From IMG/VR virus record IMGVR_UViG_3300045988_080954: a stretch of DNA of 64,000 nt; one strand, given 5' to 3'. The notes under the pieces were generated by a model. That model saw nothing but the letters and a program-made list of their open reading frames with translations. It ran no database searches and was not told the origin of the DNA. The DNA is from a virus. Positions 26,683 through 36,323 of this stretch are shown piece by piece; positions within the stretch are counted from its first letter, which is position 1, and every line of letters begins with the position of its first letter. The position numbers were made by a program, and so were the translations under genes.

Positions 26683-28706
26683 CAAAAGTTGAATTGAAGG
26701 AAATGACACTGACCGATTTTAAAGGTCAGCCAGAAAAGAAAGCAACATTCGGGCACAGAACGATCGTATCCGGTCCGAACGGATGCGGAAAAACCACACT
26801 GGCAGACGCCTTTATGTGGGTATTCTGTGACAAGGACTACAGTTTAAAGAGTAACCCAGATATAAGGCCAGATGATGGCAGAGAATGCTTGCCAAGAGTT
26901 GACATTGACCTTGTGATTGACGAAAAACCAGTAAGCGTAGCGAAGTTCCAGAAACGCACAGAAAGCAAGCCAAAGGACGGAAAGCCAGGAAAGGTTGCAT
27001 TGTCAAATAAATATGAAATCAACGGCGTTCCAAAAGCTGAAAGAGATTTTAAGGCTGATTTAAAAGAGAGAGGATTTGATTTTGACAATTTCCTGATGTT
27101 GTCCCACATGGAAATCTTCACAGACCTGAAAGATGCAGATGCCAGAAAAATTCTGTTTTCCATGTCAGACGGTGCCGGGAAATCAGATTTAGAGATTACC
27201 AAGACAGTTCCAGATTGCGCCGAACTGGTACCACTTCTGGAAAACTACAAGGCAGATGAAATTAAAGCCATGAACAGCGCAACGCTGAAAAAGGCAGAAG
27301 AACAATTAAAAGCCATTCCAAACCAGATCATCGGTATGGAACAGTCAAAGGTTGACGCTGATCTTTCCGAATTGGAATTGCAGAAGAACGCCTTGCAGGA
27401 ACAGATTTCAGACCTCGAAAAGCAGATTGCACAGGCAGGGAACGAGAAAGCCGAAGAGATTAAAGCGGAACTGGCAGGGTTAAGAACCAAACTGTTAGAG
27501 ATAGACTCAAAGGCTAAAGCAGACTTGTTAGAGCAGAAATCATCGGTTTGCAATAAAGTTAGCACTCTTGAATTAGACAGGAATGTCAAAACATCAGAGT
27601 TGAACAGAAAGGCTTCTGCATTGGAGTACCTGAGAGCACAGAAAAAAGATCTTCTTGAAAAATTGCAGAACGCCAGAACGCAATATCCCAAAATCAAAGA
27701 TACAGAATGGGACAACACAGCTTTGGAATGCGTTAAATCTGAGACATTCAAGGACGCGGATACCATTTGCCCGACTTGCGGTCAGAATCTTCCACCTGAG
27801 CAGATTGAACAGTTAAAGAGCAGATTCGAGCAGAAGAAGCAGGAAAGAATCAATCAGCAGTTAAAAGCCAAGGAAGAATGGGAACAGGACAAGAAACGCA
27901 AACTTGATGAAATTATTCAAGTTGGTAATAAAGCGTCAGCGGATATGAAAGAAGCGCATAAGCAGGAAGAAACTCTTACATCCGAGATTTCTAAACTGAC
28001 AGATGAATTAGAGCAGATCAAGACTTCTCTTGATGCAGAAAATAAGAATCTGGAAGCTATACCGAAAGAGCCAGACTTATCAGGAAATGCCGAATATCAG
28101 CAGATTCTTGCATCAATCAAAGAGAAACAGCAGGAGCTTAATTCTCTGGACGATGGTAAAGAAGCAAAGAAACAGTTTTCGGAGAAGTTATCCGGAAAGA
28201 AACAGGAATTGGAAGTAGTCAACCAGAAAATCGGAGAAGCCAACAACAATGTCCGAATTGACGAGCAGATTGAGAAACTTCAGGAAAACCAGAAACAGTA
28301 CGCACAGAATAAAGCTGACGCACAGATGATTCTGGACGAATTAAAATCACTGAGCATGGCAAAGAATACAGCCCTTGAAGATGCAGTAAATAAGTATTTT
28401 GACGGAGTTAAAGTAAAACTGTTTGATACACAGAAGAACGGCGAAGTCGTAGATGCTTGCATCTGGTACGTGCAGGACAAGGACGGCAACTGGAAGAAAC
28501 TGATCGGGAACGCCAATACAGCCCTGATGATGAAAGGCAAAATTGCTATCATGGACGGCTTGCAGAAGTTTTATGGCGTGAGTTATCCGATTTTTGTTGA
28601 CTGTGCGGCAGAACTGGACAACAGCAGTCTGGCAGGTATTAAGGCAGATGCGCAGTTGATATTCTTGAAAGTTGCTGAGGGGGATATGACAGTAACGGAA
28701 GTTTAA
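26679..28706 (+). CDS. SMC/Rad50/SbcC-like AAA ATPase with CxxC hook (675 aa)
   Basis: GTG at 26679 follows GGAGG. Walker A GPNGCGKTT. Very long Glu/Lys/Leu/Gln coiled coil interrupted by CPTCGQ. C-terminal IFVDCAAELD is Walker B-like. Confidence 0.8.
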   Translation: MTKVELKEMTLTDFKGQPEKKATFGHRTIVSGPNGCGKTTLADAFMWVFCDKDYSLKSNPDIRPDDGRECLPRVDIDLVIDEKPVSVAKFQKRTESKPKDGKPGKVALSNKYEINGVPKAERDFKADLKERGFDFDNFLMLSHMEIFTDLKDADARKILFSMSDGAGKSDLEITKTVPDCAELVPLLENYKADEIKAMNSATLKKAEEQLKAIPNQIIGMEQSKVDADLSELELQKNALQEQISDLEKQIAQAGNEKAEEIKAELAGLRTKLLEIDSKAKADLLEQKSSVCNKVSTLELDRNVKTSELNRKASALEYLRAQKKDLLEKLQNARTQYPKIKDTEWDNTALECVKSETFKDADTICPTCGQNLPPEQIEQLKSRFEQKKQERINQQLKAKEEWEQDKKRKLDEIIQVGNKASADMKEAHKQEETLTSEISKLTDELEQIKTSLDAENKNLEAIPKEPDLSGNAEYQQILASIKEKQQELNSLDDGKEAKKQFSEKLSGKKQELEVVNQKIGEANNNVRIDEQIEKLQENQKQYAQNKADAQMILDELKSLSMAKNTALEDAVNKYFDGVKVKLFDTQKNGEVVDACIWYVQDKDGNWKKLIGNANTALMMKGKIAIMDGLQKFYGVSYPIFVDCAAELDNSSLAGIKADAQLIFLKVAEGDMTVTEV

Positions 28707-28731
28707 TAATTATCAGAAAAGGAGAATTGTT

Positions 28732-29682
28732 ATGGCAAACAAAACACAGTTAGCAACAGCAGGAGAACAGCAGGCAGCAGTCGTAATCAATAATTCATTC
28801 ATTGATGGTCTGACTAAACAGCTTGAAGAAAAATGCAAATATGGTCTTTCTTTTCCAAAAGACTATAATCTCAGCAATGCACTTATGGGAGCATATCTGG
28901 TTTTGAAAGAAACAAAAGATAGAAACAACAAACCAGTTTTGGAATCTTGCACATCTACTAGCATCGCAAACAGTCTTATGAATATGGCAACCCTTGGCTT
29001 GTCAGTTCAGAAAAAACAGGGCTATTTTATCGCTTACGGCGGTCAATGCCAGTTCCAGAGGTCGTATTTCGGAAACATTACAATCGCCAGAAGATATGGA
29101 ATGAAAGATATCCATGCTGAGATCATCTATGATGGTGACAATTTCAAATACCACATTGAAGATGGGAACAAAGTTCTTGATATTCATGAGCAGGACTTTA
29201 TGAACATTGACAACGATAAAATTCTTGGGGCTTATGCAGTTATTCAGATGGAAGATGGAACGAAGCATCTGGAAGTAATGAATATCAAGCAGATTAAGCA
29301 GGCTTGGAAGCAGGGCTACGGTTTCAAAGAAGATGGAAATGGAACACATCAGAAATTTACTGACCAGATGGCAAAGAAAACTGTTATCAATCGTGCATTA
29401 AAGCAGATTATCAATAGCCATGGTGATGTTTTCGTTCAGGAAGTTGAGGAAGCTACAGAAGAAATCCCAAAACAGGACATCATCGAACATGAAGTTGCTT
29501 ATGAAATCGAACAGAACGCCAACGCAGAAGAATTTATCCCAGACGAACCAGTAGCAATCGAAGAACAGCCTAAACAGACAACGGTCGCAGAAGTCGTAAA
29601 GACTGCCGAGAAAGAACCAGTTCCGGCAGCAGGCAAACAGGAAACAGAGATTCCAGATTTTATGAAGCCAGAAGAGATGTGA
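28732..29682 (+). CDS. recT: RecT-family single-strand annealing recombinase (316 aa)
   Basis: LSVQKKQGYFIAYGGQCQFQRSYFG and KKTVINRALKQIINS match the recalled RecT core. Acidic C-terminal tail. Confidence 0.8.
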   Translation: MANKTQLATAGEQQAAVVINNSFIDGLTKQLEEKCKYGLSFPKDYNLSNALMGAYLVLKETKDRNNKPVLESCTSTSIANSLMNMATLGLSVQKKQGYFIAYGGQCQFQRSYFGNITIARRYGMKDIHAEIIYDGDNFKYHIEDGNKVLDIHEQDFMNIDNDKILGAYAVIQMEDGTKHLEVMNIKQIKQAWKQGYGFKEDGNGTHQKFTDQMAKKTVINRALKQIINSHGDVFVQEVEEATEEIPKQDIIEHEVAYEIEQNANAEEFIPDEPVAIEEQPKQTTVAEVVKTAEKEPVPAAGKQETEIPDFMKPEEM

Positions 29683-29688
29683 TCGCAT

Positions 29689-29871
29689 ATGATGTACTTC
29701 GACTGCATCAATTTTGATCGGTGCGACTCAGGAAAGTTTGGAAAATATATGGCTTGTATCGGGCGGTGTGAAAACTGCCCGTACTATGAGTCAGTAAAAG
29801 ACTATTTCGAGAAACGAGGCGAGAACTATGAGGATTATATCGCAGAACGGAAAGATAAATATTCCGTATGA
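29689..29871 (+). CDS. small Cys-rich protein (60 aa)
   Basis: CINFDRCDS...CIGRCENCPYY. Confidence 0.4.
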   Translation: MMYFDCINFDRCDSGKFGKYMACIGRCENCPYYESVKDYFEKRGENYEDYIAERKDKYSV

Positions 29872-30064
29872 AATGACAGCGTTGCTTGTTTCAGACAACT
29901 ACATACAGGCGGTATTTGCCGGAGGAATACAGCAGAGTCCATATGTGATGGCAATGTACTCGACACAGGATAAATTACTGAGCGCATTGGATGCGCTTGA
30001 CGAAAAATTCATTGTAAGCAGAGGTAATGGGATATTTAGATTCCCGGAGAATGATGAAGTATAA
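29828..30064 (+). CDS. hypothetical protein (78 aa)
   Basis: Co-oriented ORF overlapping the previous one. Confidence 0.4.
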   Translation: MRIISQNGKINIPYEMTALLVSDNYIQAVFAGGIQQSPYVMAMYSTQDKLLSALDALDEKFIVSRGNGIFRFPENDEV

Positions 30065-30090
30065 ATTTTTGATACAGAAAAGAGGGAATT

Positions 30091-30720
30091 ATGAGTTATA
30101 GCAGTTTAGTAGTTATCACTTCGGATTATTATGGAAAAGAAAAGGAAATTTTTAGAAATTCATGGTTATTTTCACCTATCATCTGGGATGTTTTAGCTGA
30201 GAAGTATATTCCTTATGAAGAACTTTTTAAATACGGTTTTAAGCGAAACTTAATTCACGACCGAAAACTTTTCAAAGAGCTTAATAACATTATAAATGGC
30301 TGTCAGGACACACCAGATCGTATTTTATGGGAACTGTCTAATCAGCAGATATTCTTCACAAAAGATAAAGATTTTATCGAAGAGTGTATTTATGCCTTTC
30401 TTAAACAGAATGAAAACTACTGCACCGATTATGACAGTGAAAACCACATTGCAGTTCTAAAAATCAAACATATTCTGGAAAGGTTTTGCGATATTGCACA
30501 TCATATCAAATCGCTTGAAGCAGAAGAAACTCCATACTTTGTGTTCAAAAATACATCGGTTGACGATAGTGTATCTAATTGGTTCTCTTGCTTTAATGAG
30601 AATACCGGGAAATGGGAATATTCTAAGTTAAGTGAAAACAAAAAATTTTGTGCAGAATTTGTAGTGATTGAGGATAACAAAATAAAGAAATTTATCAGCA
30701 ATCTGGATTACAAATATTAA
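30091..30720 (+). CDS. hypothetical protein (209 aa)
   Basis: RBS AGAGGGA. Very AT-rich gene inserted in the recombination module. No motif. Confidence 0.5.
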   Translation: MSYSSLVVITSDYYGKEKEIFRNSWLFSPIIWDVLAEKYIPYEELFKYGFKRNLIHDRKLFKELNNIINGCQDTPDRILWELSNQQIFFTKDKDFIEECIYAFLKQNENYCTDYDSENHIAVLKIKHILERFCDIAHHIKSLEAEETPYFVFKNTSVDDSVSNWFSCFNENTGKWEYSKLSENKKFCAEFVVIEDNKIKKFISNLDYKY

Positions 30721-30754
30721 GGTAAAAACAATGTAGAAAGCGAGGTGATTCAAA

Positions 30755-31498
30755 ATGTTCATGCGAGTAATAAATACAGGAAGTCAGCCGGGAAACTGCT
30801 ATGCGCTTAAATCTGAATCTGGTGAAACATTGATTCTGGATTGTGGATGTAGATATTCAGAGATTCTAAAAGGAATTTCCTACAGGATATCAGAAATTTC
30901 GGGATGCCTGCTAACCCATGAACACGGTTAAGGAGATCACCGAAAATCGTTTAAGGAAATCCTTAATGCAGGAATCCCGATTTACACCAACGATGAGACA
31001 GAAGAACATATAAAAATCATCTCCGGAGAGCTGATGATCGGCTTACCAGAAAAGAAACCAAAGGACATAGGTTCGTTCCGGATAACGCCGTTCTACGTCC
31101 CGCACGACAATACACCAAACTTCGCGTACCTGATATCTCATGAAGAATGTGGACGACTGATATATGCGACAGACTTCTCATATTTGCCGTTCACATTCAA
31201 GAACATGAGAATAAATCACTTCCTTATAGAATGCAATCATCTGGACGAATCGCCAGAACAGGATTCGTTTAAGTTTGAGCACTCCGTCCGGGGGCATAGC
31301 AGCTTATCTACTGTAAAAGAGATTATCCGAGTGAACAAGACCGCTTCGCTCAGAACTATAACGCTATGCCACCTGTCAGAGGGATGGGGAAATCCAGAAG
31401 TGATGAAGAAGGAGATACAGGGCGTTGCCGGGGATGATGTTCTGGTGCAGATCGCAAGACCGGGACTGGATGTTGACTTGAATTTGTGTCCGTTTTAA
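30755..31498 (+). pseudogene. metallo-beta-lactamase-fold hydrolase (putative RecT-partner nuclease) interrupted by an in-frame TAA
   Basis: Single reading frame 30755-31498. TAA at 30929-30931 falls inside the metal-binding motif: LLTHEHG*GDHRKS (canonical H-x-H-x-D-H). Confidence 0.75.
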
Positions 31499-31510
31499 AA
31501 GGAGAAAAAA

Positions 31511-31774
31511 ATGGGAAATGAATGGATTCCAGTAAGCGAGAAAATGCCAGGAGAAAGAGATTCAATATTTGCTAAGTTTAAAGGGACAGACAAATGGAAA
31601 GAAGCAATGTTCGAGAAAATTTCCAAAGATGTTTTGGTTACGATTTTGTTTAAACAGAGTTTGTTTGTACAAAGTGCGCATACAGTAGATGGTCAATGGA
31701 AGAATGATTTATTGAAATTTGGTGGGAAAGTTGTGGCATGGATGCCATTCCCGGAACCATACAGGGAAAATTAA
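31511..31774 (+). CDS. DUF551-like protein (87 aa)
   Basis: WIPVSEKMP ... VVAWMPFPEPY ends match the recalled DUF551 pattern. Confidence 0.5.
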   Translation: MGNEWIPVSEKMPGERDSIFAKFKGTDKWKEAMFEKISKDVLVTILFKQSLFVQSAHTVDGQWKNDLLKFGGKVVAWMPFPEPYREN

Positions 31775-31784
31775 AAAGCACCGA

Positions 31785-31937
31785 TTATTTATCGGCACTT
31801 TTTACAAAATCTTGGAGAATGGTAATGACCAGATTATTAAAACTTCTGTTCTCCTGCTTGGCGATCTGCTCGAGTTGTTCTTTGAGCTGTATCGGGAACG
31901 TGATATTAGTTCTGGTTTTATCAGACTTGATAGCCAT
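31785..31937 (-). CDS. ribbon-helix-helix (CopG/Arc-type) regulator (50 aa)
   Basis: ATG at 31937 follows GGAGGGA. TRTNITFPIQLKEQLEQIAKQENRSFNNLVITIL is a beta-strand then two helices. Own promoter TTGACA-N17-TACAAT on the minus strand (31993-31965). Confidence 0.65.
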   Translation of the reverse strand: MAIKSDKTRTNITFPIQLKEQLEQIAKQENRSFNNLVITILQDFVKSADK

Positions 31938-31996
31938 ATGAAATCCCTCCCTTGTTTTTAGAACATTGTAGCATTTTTGCCTATCGGTGTCAATTA

Positions 31997-32060
31997 GATA
32001 CCAAAGTGATACCATTTTTATCTTGCAATATAGGTGTTAAAGTGGTATCATGATGGTATC
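31997..32060. promoter_or_regulatory. operator array: 2 x GATACCA and 2 x TGGTATC, each pair phased 11 bp, between divergent promoters
   Basis: GATACCA at 31997 and 32008. TGGTATC at 32043 and 32054. The right pair overlaps the candidate rightward promoter TTGCAA (32023)-N17-TATCAT (32046). Confidence 0.55.
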
Positions 32061-32694
32061 AAAAACACACCAAAGAATGAATCGAGGTGATAAGTTTTTG
32101 AATAGTAACTATAAAAATTTTGCAAAAGCTAAGGCGATTGAAGCTGAGAACCGAAAGAGATGGTTAAAAGTCGACCCGCACCTGAACGACAATCCCGGAA
32201 TCTACATTTTGACAAGAATTGATGAAGACGGTTTTAAGTTTGGGTATGCAGGACAGGCAAAGAAACTAATTACCAGATTATGTCAACATAGTGCAGGGCA
32301 TCAACAACACATTGATCTTAGTTTGAAAAAACATGGATTATATTCAGAAAAAAATCCATATGGTTGGCGTGTAGTGCATACTAATTGTCCAGAATCAGAA
32401 CTTGACGAAAAGGAACAGTATTATATCAGATGGCTTGCAGAGCAAGGGTATCAGCTTAGAAACAAGACTGGTGGCTCTCAGGGAACAGGTAAGAAACAGA
32501 TTGATGAGTACAGACCGGCAAAAGGCTATTACGATGGTTTAAAGCAGGGTAAGAAAGTCCTTGCCAGAGAGCTGTCGCATATCATAGATACGCACTTGCA
32601 AGTTTCGCTGAAACCAGAGAAGCAGGACAACAAAGTATCAATCCGGGCTTTTGAAAAGTTCCAGAATTTGATTGATGAGAAAACGTACGAATAA
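32050..32694 (+). CDS. GIY-YIG nuclease (up to 214 aa; true start may be TTG 32098 after GAGGTGA)
   Basis: PGIYILTR...FGYAGQA...TRLCQH...ELDEKEQYYIRWL...LRNKTGG gives GIY, Y-x-G, R-x3-H, E and N in canonical order. Confidence 0.75.
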   Translation: MMVSKTHQRMNRGDKFLNSNYKNFAKAKAIEAENRKRWLKVDPHLNDNPGIYILTRIDEDGFKFGYAGQAKKLITRLCQHSAGHQQHIDLSLKKHGLYSEKNPYGWRVVHTNCPESELDEKEQYYIRWLAEQGYQLRNKTGGSQGTGKKQIDEYRPAKGYYDGLKQGKKVLARELSHIIDTHLQVSLKPEKQDNKVSIRAFEKFQNLIDEKTYE

Positions 32695-32751
32695 AAAATG
32701 AAAGGAGCTTGCCTTCATGTGACGCAAGGGTGCACCGGGCTTCTTTGAAAT

Positions 32752-33585
32752 ATGAAATTAAAATGCGAAATATACAGAGACTCAATGCAAAATTACAAGA
32801 AATATGCAATTCCAAGAGCACAGCTCGTTATAGCTGATGTTCCGTATAATGTAGCGAATAATTTTTATGGGAGCAACCCTATGTGGTATGTAGGGGGGGA
32901 TAATAAAAATGGCGAAAGTAAACTAGCGGGAAAAGCTGCCTTTAATTCAGATTTTAATTTTAACTTATATGAATACTTTCACTTTTGTTCAAGAATGTTA
33001 AAAAAAGAAGATACAACACCTGTACCAAGAGGAAGAAGTAGCAATTCTCCATGCATGATTGTATTTTGCTCGTTTGAACAAACACAAACATTGATTAAAG
33101 CTGCTGAAAAACATGGTTTTGTACATTATATCCCGCTTGTTTTCATAAAAAATTACAGCCCTCAAGTATTAAAGGCGAATATGCGTGTGGTTGGAGCTAC
33201 GGAATACGCATTATTGTTTTACAGAGACAGGCTTCCTAAGTTTAGGAACGGCGTTCAGACTGACGAAAACGGAAAAACAATCAGAGGTACAGGGCACATG
33301 GTTTTTAACTGGTTCGATTGGGAGAAAGATGGAAAAGATATTCCTAAAATTCATCCGGCACAAAAGCCAGTAAAACTTTTAAAAAGATTGATTGAAACGT
33401 TTACTGATCCCGGAGATGTAGTAATAGACCCATGTTGCGGAAGTGGGACAACGTTAAGAGCTGCACATGAAATAGGAAGAAATGCTTTCGGCTTTGAAAT
33501 TGATAGAAATTTCTTTAAGAGAGCAAAAGAAGAAATGCTTGTTTTTGAGGAAAACAGTCAGATAAGCATAGAAGATTTTTTATAA
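32752..33585 (+). CDS. DNA methyltransferase, N6A/N4C beta-class (277 aa)
   Basis: Motif IV-like IADVPYN precedes motif I VIDPCCGSGTTLRAA. Confidence 0.8.
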   Translation: MKLKCEIYRDSMQNYKKYAIPRAQLVIADVPYNVANNFYGSNPMWYVGGDNKNGESKLAGKAAFNSDFNFNLYEYFHFCSRMLKKEDTTPVPRGRSSNSPCMIVFCSFEQTQTLIKAAEKHGFVHYIPLVFIKNYSPQVLKANMRVVGATEYALLFYRDRLPKFRNGVQTDENGKTIRGTGHMVFNWFDWEKDGKDIPKIHPAQKPVKLLKRLIETFTDPGDVVIDPCCGSGTTLRAAHEIGRNAFGFEIDRNFFKRAKEEMLVFEENSQISIEDFL

Positions 33586-33598
33586 AGGAATCGTAAAA

Positions 33599-33856
33599 AT
33601 GGATAATTTTAGACATCGGAAACATATGGAATGGAAGCAGAACCGCAAGGACATCTATTACTTCATCAGAAAATATGCGAAATATCATAAATCAACGCCG
33701 CCAACAAAGAAGATTTCCGAAGAACTTGATATCAGCGTTAGCGCAGTTCAAAGGCATCTGAGACAGTTTGAAGAAGATGGCCTGATTGCATTTAACGGAA
33801 CTGGTTCGCACAGGACATACGAACTGATAGGAGTAAAGAAACATGAAACTGTATGA
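33599..33856 (+). CDS. winged-helix DNA-binding protein (85 aa)
   Basis: ISEELDISVSAVQRHLRQFEEDGLIAF. Confidence 0.5.
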   Translation: MDNFRHRKHMEWKQNRKDIYYFIRKYAKYHKSTPPTKKISEELDISVSAVQRHLRQFEEDGLIAFNGTGSHRTYELIGVKKHETV

Positions 33857-34100
33857 CGTATACGACGGTTCAAAGTATATCGGGGAGCTGACGCTTGCTG
33901 AAATATCAGAATTGACAGGAAGGACAAGAAGTCAGATATCGCAGGCAATCAGCGGGGCATATGACATTAACGGAAGATATGCGGTCATATATGATGGGCA
34001 GCAAACAATCGCATACTCAAACGAGAATGATCGCAGGATGTTGATGGAATTTGACATTCTGACTCAGAAGATAAGGAGGGCTGTTGGTTGGGAAAGTTAA
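33843..34100 (+). CDS. hypothetical protein (85 aa)
   Basis: Co-oriented overlapping ORF. Confidence 0.45.
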   Translation: MKLYDVYDGSKYIGELTLAEISELTGRTRSQISQAISGAYDINGRYAVIYDGQQTIAYSNENDRRMLMEFDILTQKIRRAVGWES

Positions 34101-34468
34101 AAATCAAGCAGAAAAAGAAAGCATTCATTCCGTACACGAATCAGCAGGCTCATATGTTTGCGCAGTCTATCCAGAACTGCCAGAAAGAGTTAAAAGAGAT
34201 GGAGTTGAAAGCCTTTGATGATGGGTTTGAGGATGGAAAGAACTGGTCTGACGTGCTGAATTTTGTGATTTTGTTTTATGTAATGCACGAATTGCACGGA
34301 TGGGGATGGAAACGTTACATGAAGTCCGTAAAAAGAATTAATAACTACATCAGTGATATCAATTCTGGAAAAACATCGTTGTCTGAAATGGTTGATAATC
34401 TGGAAAAGAAGCATCATATTCGGATTTGCGATGATTATAAGGAGTTAATCAAGAGATATGGAGCGTAA
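34088..34468 (+). CDS. hypothetical protein (126 aa)
   Basis: TTG start 7 nt after AAGGAGGG. Confidence 0.45.
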   Translation: MGKLKIKQKKKAFIPYTNQQAHMFAQSIQNCQKELKEMELKAFDDGFEDGKNWSDVLNFVILFYVMHELHGWGWKRYMKSVKRINNYISDINSGKTSLSEMVDNLEKKHHIRICDDYKELIKRYGA

Positions 34469-34738
34469 AGCTGCACCGGTGATTTACATGCAGACTAACG
34501 GGCAGGTAGCATTCGAATAGGAGAAAGATGAAGTTTAAACATAGAAAGGAATAACACTTATCCTCGTGAAACGAGGTTCCGCCTAATCAGAATAGGTCGG
34601 ATAAAATTTGATAAATGCTAGACTGGAATGCCTTGGTTCTCCTGCGTAGTGCAGAACAGACTAACGGTCAGAGATAATAACTCCCAAGGCTATAAAGCAG
34701 ATTGTAAAATTGCCATACGGATATTTGTAGTATGGCGT

Positions 34739-35632
34739 GTGAAAGAATTAATTGAAAAATCCATAGATAGATTGAAACTGGCAAGTGATATTTCATTGAA
34801 ACATTATAATAAACCACTTGTATGTGAGTATTCCGGCGGAAAAGATTCGGATGCGCTTCTGGAACTATTCAGAATGTCTGGAATCCCGTTCGAGGTTCAT
34901 AATTCGCATACCACTGTTGATGCACCGCAGACAGTAAGGCATATCAAAAATGTGTTTTCTGAATTGACAGAAAAAGGTATTAAATGCGAGATCGACTATC
35001 ATGTGCAGGAAAACAACAACCGTCTTACAATGTGGAATCTTATTCCCAGAAAGCTAATGCCACCTACCAGAATCGTTCGGTATTGCTGCTCAGAACTGAA
35101 AGAGGGCGGTAATCCAAACAGAATGATTGCAACAGGCGTTAGATGGGCTGAAAGCAGTAAGAGAAGCGTCAGAAGCCCATTTGAAGTATTAGGGCAGACG
35201 GCAAACAAAAGTATTGGCGTTTCTGACGAGAAAATGCTTATCACAGACAATGGTGATACTCGAAGGTTGTTTGAAAATTGCCAGATGAAAGCAAAGACGG
35301 TAGTCAATCCAATCATTGATTGGACAGATCAGAATATCTGGCAGTTCATTGGAGAGAAAGATATTCGGGTATGTGAACTGTATCAATGCGGATATGATCG
35401 GCTAGGTTGCTTAGGATGCCCGCTTGTATCAAAGAAGCAGAGAGAAAAAGAAATGTATGATTTTCCAAAGTACAAACGAGCCTACATACATTCTTTTGAC
35501 AGAATGCTCCAGGAACGCCGCAGACGTGGAAAAGATACGAAGTGGAGCTGTGGCGAAGAAGTCTATCTATGGTGGATGCAAGATAACAATGTAGTTGGTC
35601 AGATGGAATTATCTGATTTTATTGAATATTGA
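34739..35632 (+). CDS. PAPS reductase-family (PP-loop ATP pyrophosphatase) protein (about 297 aa)
   Basis: PP-loop CEYSGGKDSDALLELF. Cys cluster CELYQCGYDRLGCLGCP. Start uncertain: GTG 34739 chosen, and the track ORF begins at 34628 inside structured leader sequence. Confidence 0.7.
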   Translation: MKELIEKSIDRLKLASDISLKHYNKPLVCEYSGGKDSDALLELFRMSGIPFEVHNSHTTVDAPQTVRHIKNVFSELTEKGIKCEIDYHVQENNNRLTMWNLIPRKLMPPTRIVRYCCSELKEGGNPNRMIATGVRWAESSKRSVRSPFEVLGQTANKSIGVSDEKMLITDNGDTRRLFENCQMKAKTVVNPIIDWTDQNIWQFIGEKDIRVCELYQCGYDRLGCLGCPLVSKKQREKEMYDFPKYKRAYIHSFDRMLQERRRRGKDTKWSCGEEVYLWWMQDNNVVGQMELSDFIEY

Positions 35633-35694
35633 GAAATCATGGAGGACTGCACAATAGCGTGTCAGTTGCTTACATGGGGAAAGTGAGGATGACA

Positions 35695-36075
35695 ATGGGA
35701 AAATTAAACCCGATAAATAAAGATGATTTAAAAGTTGGAGATGTGGTTGGAATTGCAAGAAAAGTGTGGAGTGGATATGGAGTAGGGTTTAGACACGTCA
35801 TGGTGTATCCGGCAAAGATCATTCGCATAACTCCTAAACGAACCAAAATTGAAACCGACATTGGAAAATACAATAAATATGAAGTGTTTTATAAATACGA
35901 TTCCGATGCCATAAAAGAAAGTGAAATGGCGAAGGAGTTTAAAACAATCAAAAATGGTGTATATGTTATCGAAGACTTTAAGTCGAGACATGGGCTGACA
36001 GCAATCAAAGATGAAGATTTAGATACACTGTCAGAACATATCAATGCAGTTGCAGAAGTTTTGAAAAGATATTGA
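35695..36075 (+). CDS. hypothetical protein (126 aa)
   Basis: ATG at 35695 follows GTGAGGATGA. Confidence 0.45.
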   Translation: MGKLNPINKDDLKVGDVVGIARKVWSGYGVGFRHVMVYPAKIIRITPKRTKIETDIGKYNKYEVFYKYDSDAIKESEMAKEFKTIKNGVYVIEDFKSRHGLTAIKDEDLDTLSEHINAVAEVLKRY

Positions 36076-36089
36076 AAGTGAGGATGAAA

Positions 36090-36314
36090 ATGAAAAATAA
36101 TAATTACACTTCATTCTTTAAAACGAAACTAAAGAAAGTAGAGAGATATATTCGTTGCAGAAAATGTGGCGGAAACATGGAATGGATCGAATACTATCCA
36201 CCACAAATCAAATGTCCGAAGTGCGGATATACGGTATATCCAAAACCTTATGAGCCAGATTGTATCAAGCTGTCAGAAGCATCGGAAGAATATTTGAATT
36301 ATATGAGAAAGTGA
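36090..36314 (+). CDS. zinc-ribbon protein (74 aa)
   Basis: CRKCGG...CPKCGY. The same GTGAGGATGA RBS context as the previous gene. Confidence 0.45.
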   Translation: MKNNNYTSFFKTKLKKVERYIRCRKCGGNMEWIEYYPPQIKCPKCGYTVYPKPYEPDCIKLSEASEEYLNYMRK

Positions 36315-36323
36315 GAATTAGAA

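Noticed and set aside
30929-30931. Alternative genetic code (stop-codon reassignment) as the explanation for the in-frame TAA
   Set aside because: All other long genes (the 1658-aa tape measure, the 1274-aa tail protein, the 675-aa ATPase) are uninterrupted under the standard code, and TAA terminates many genes cleanly. An isolated lesion is more parsimonious.
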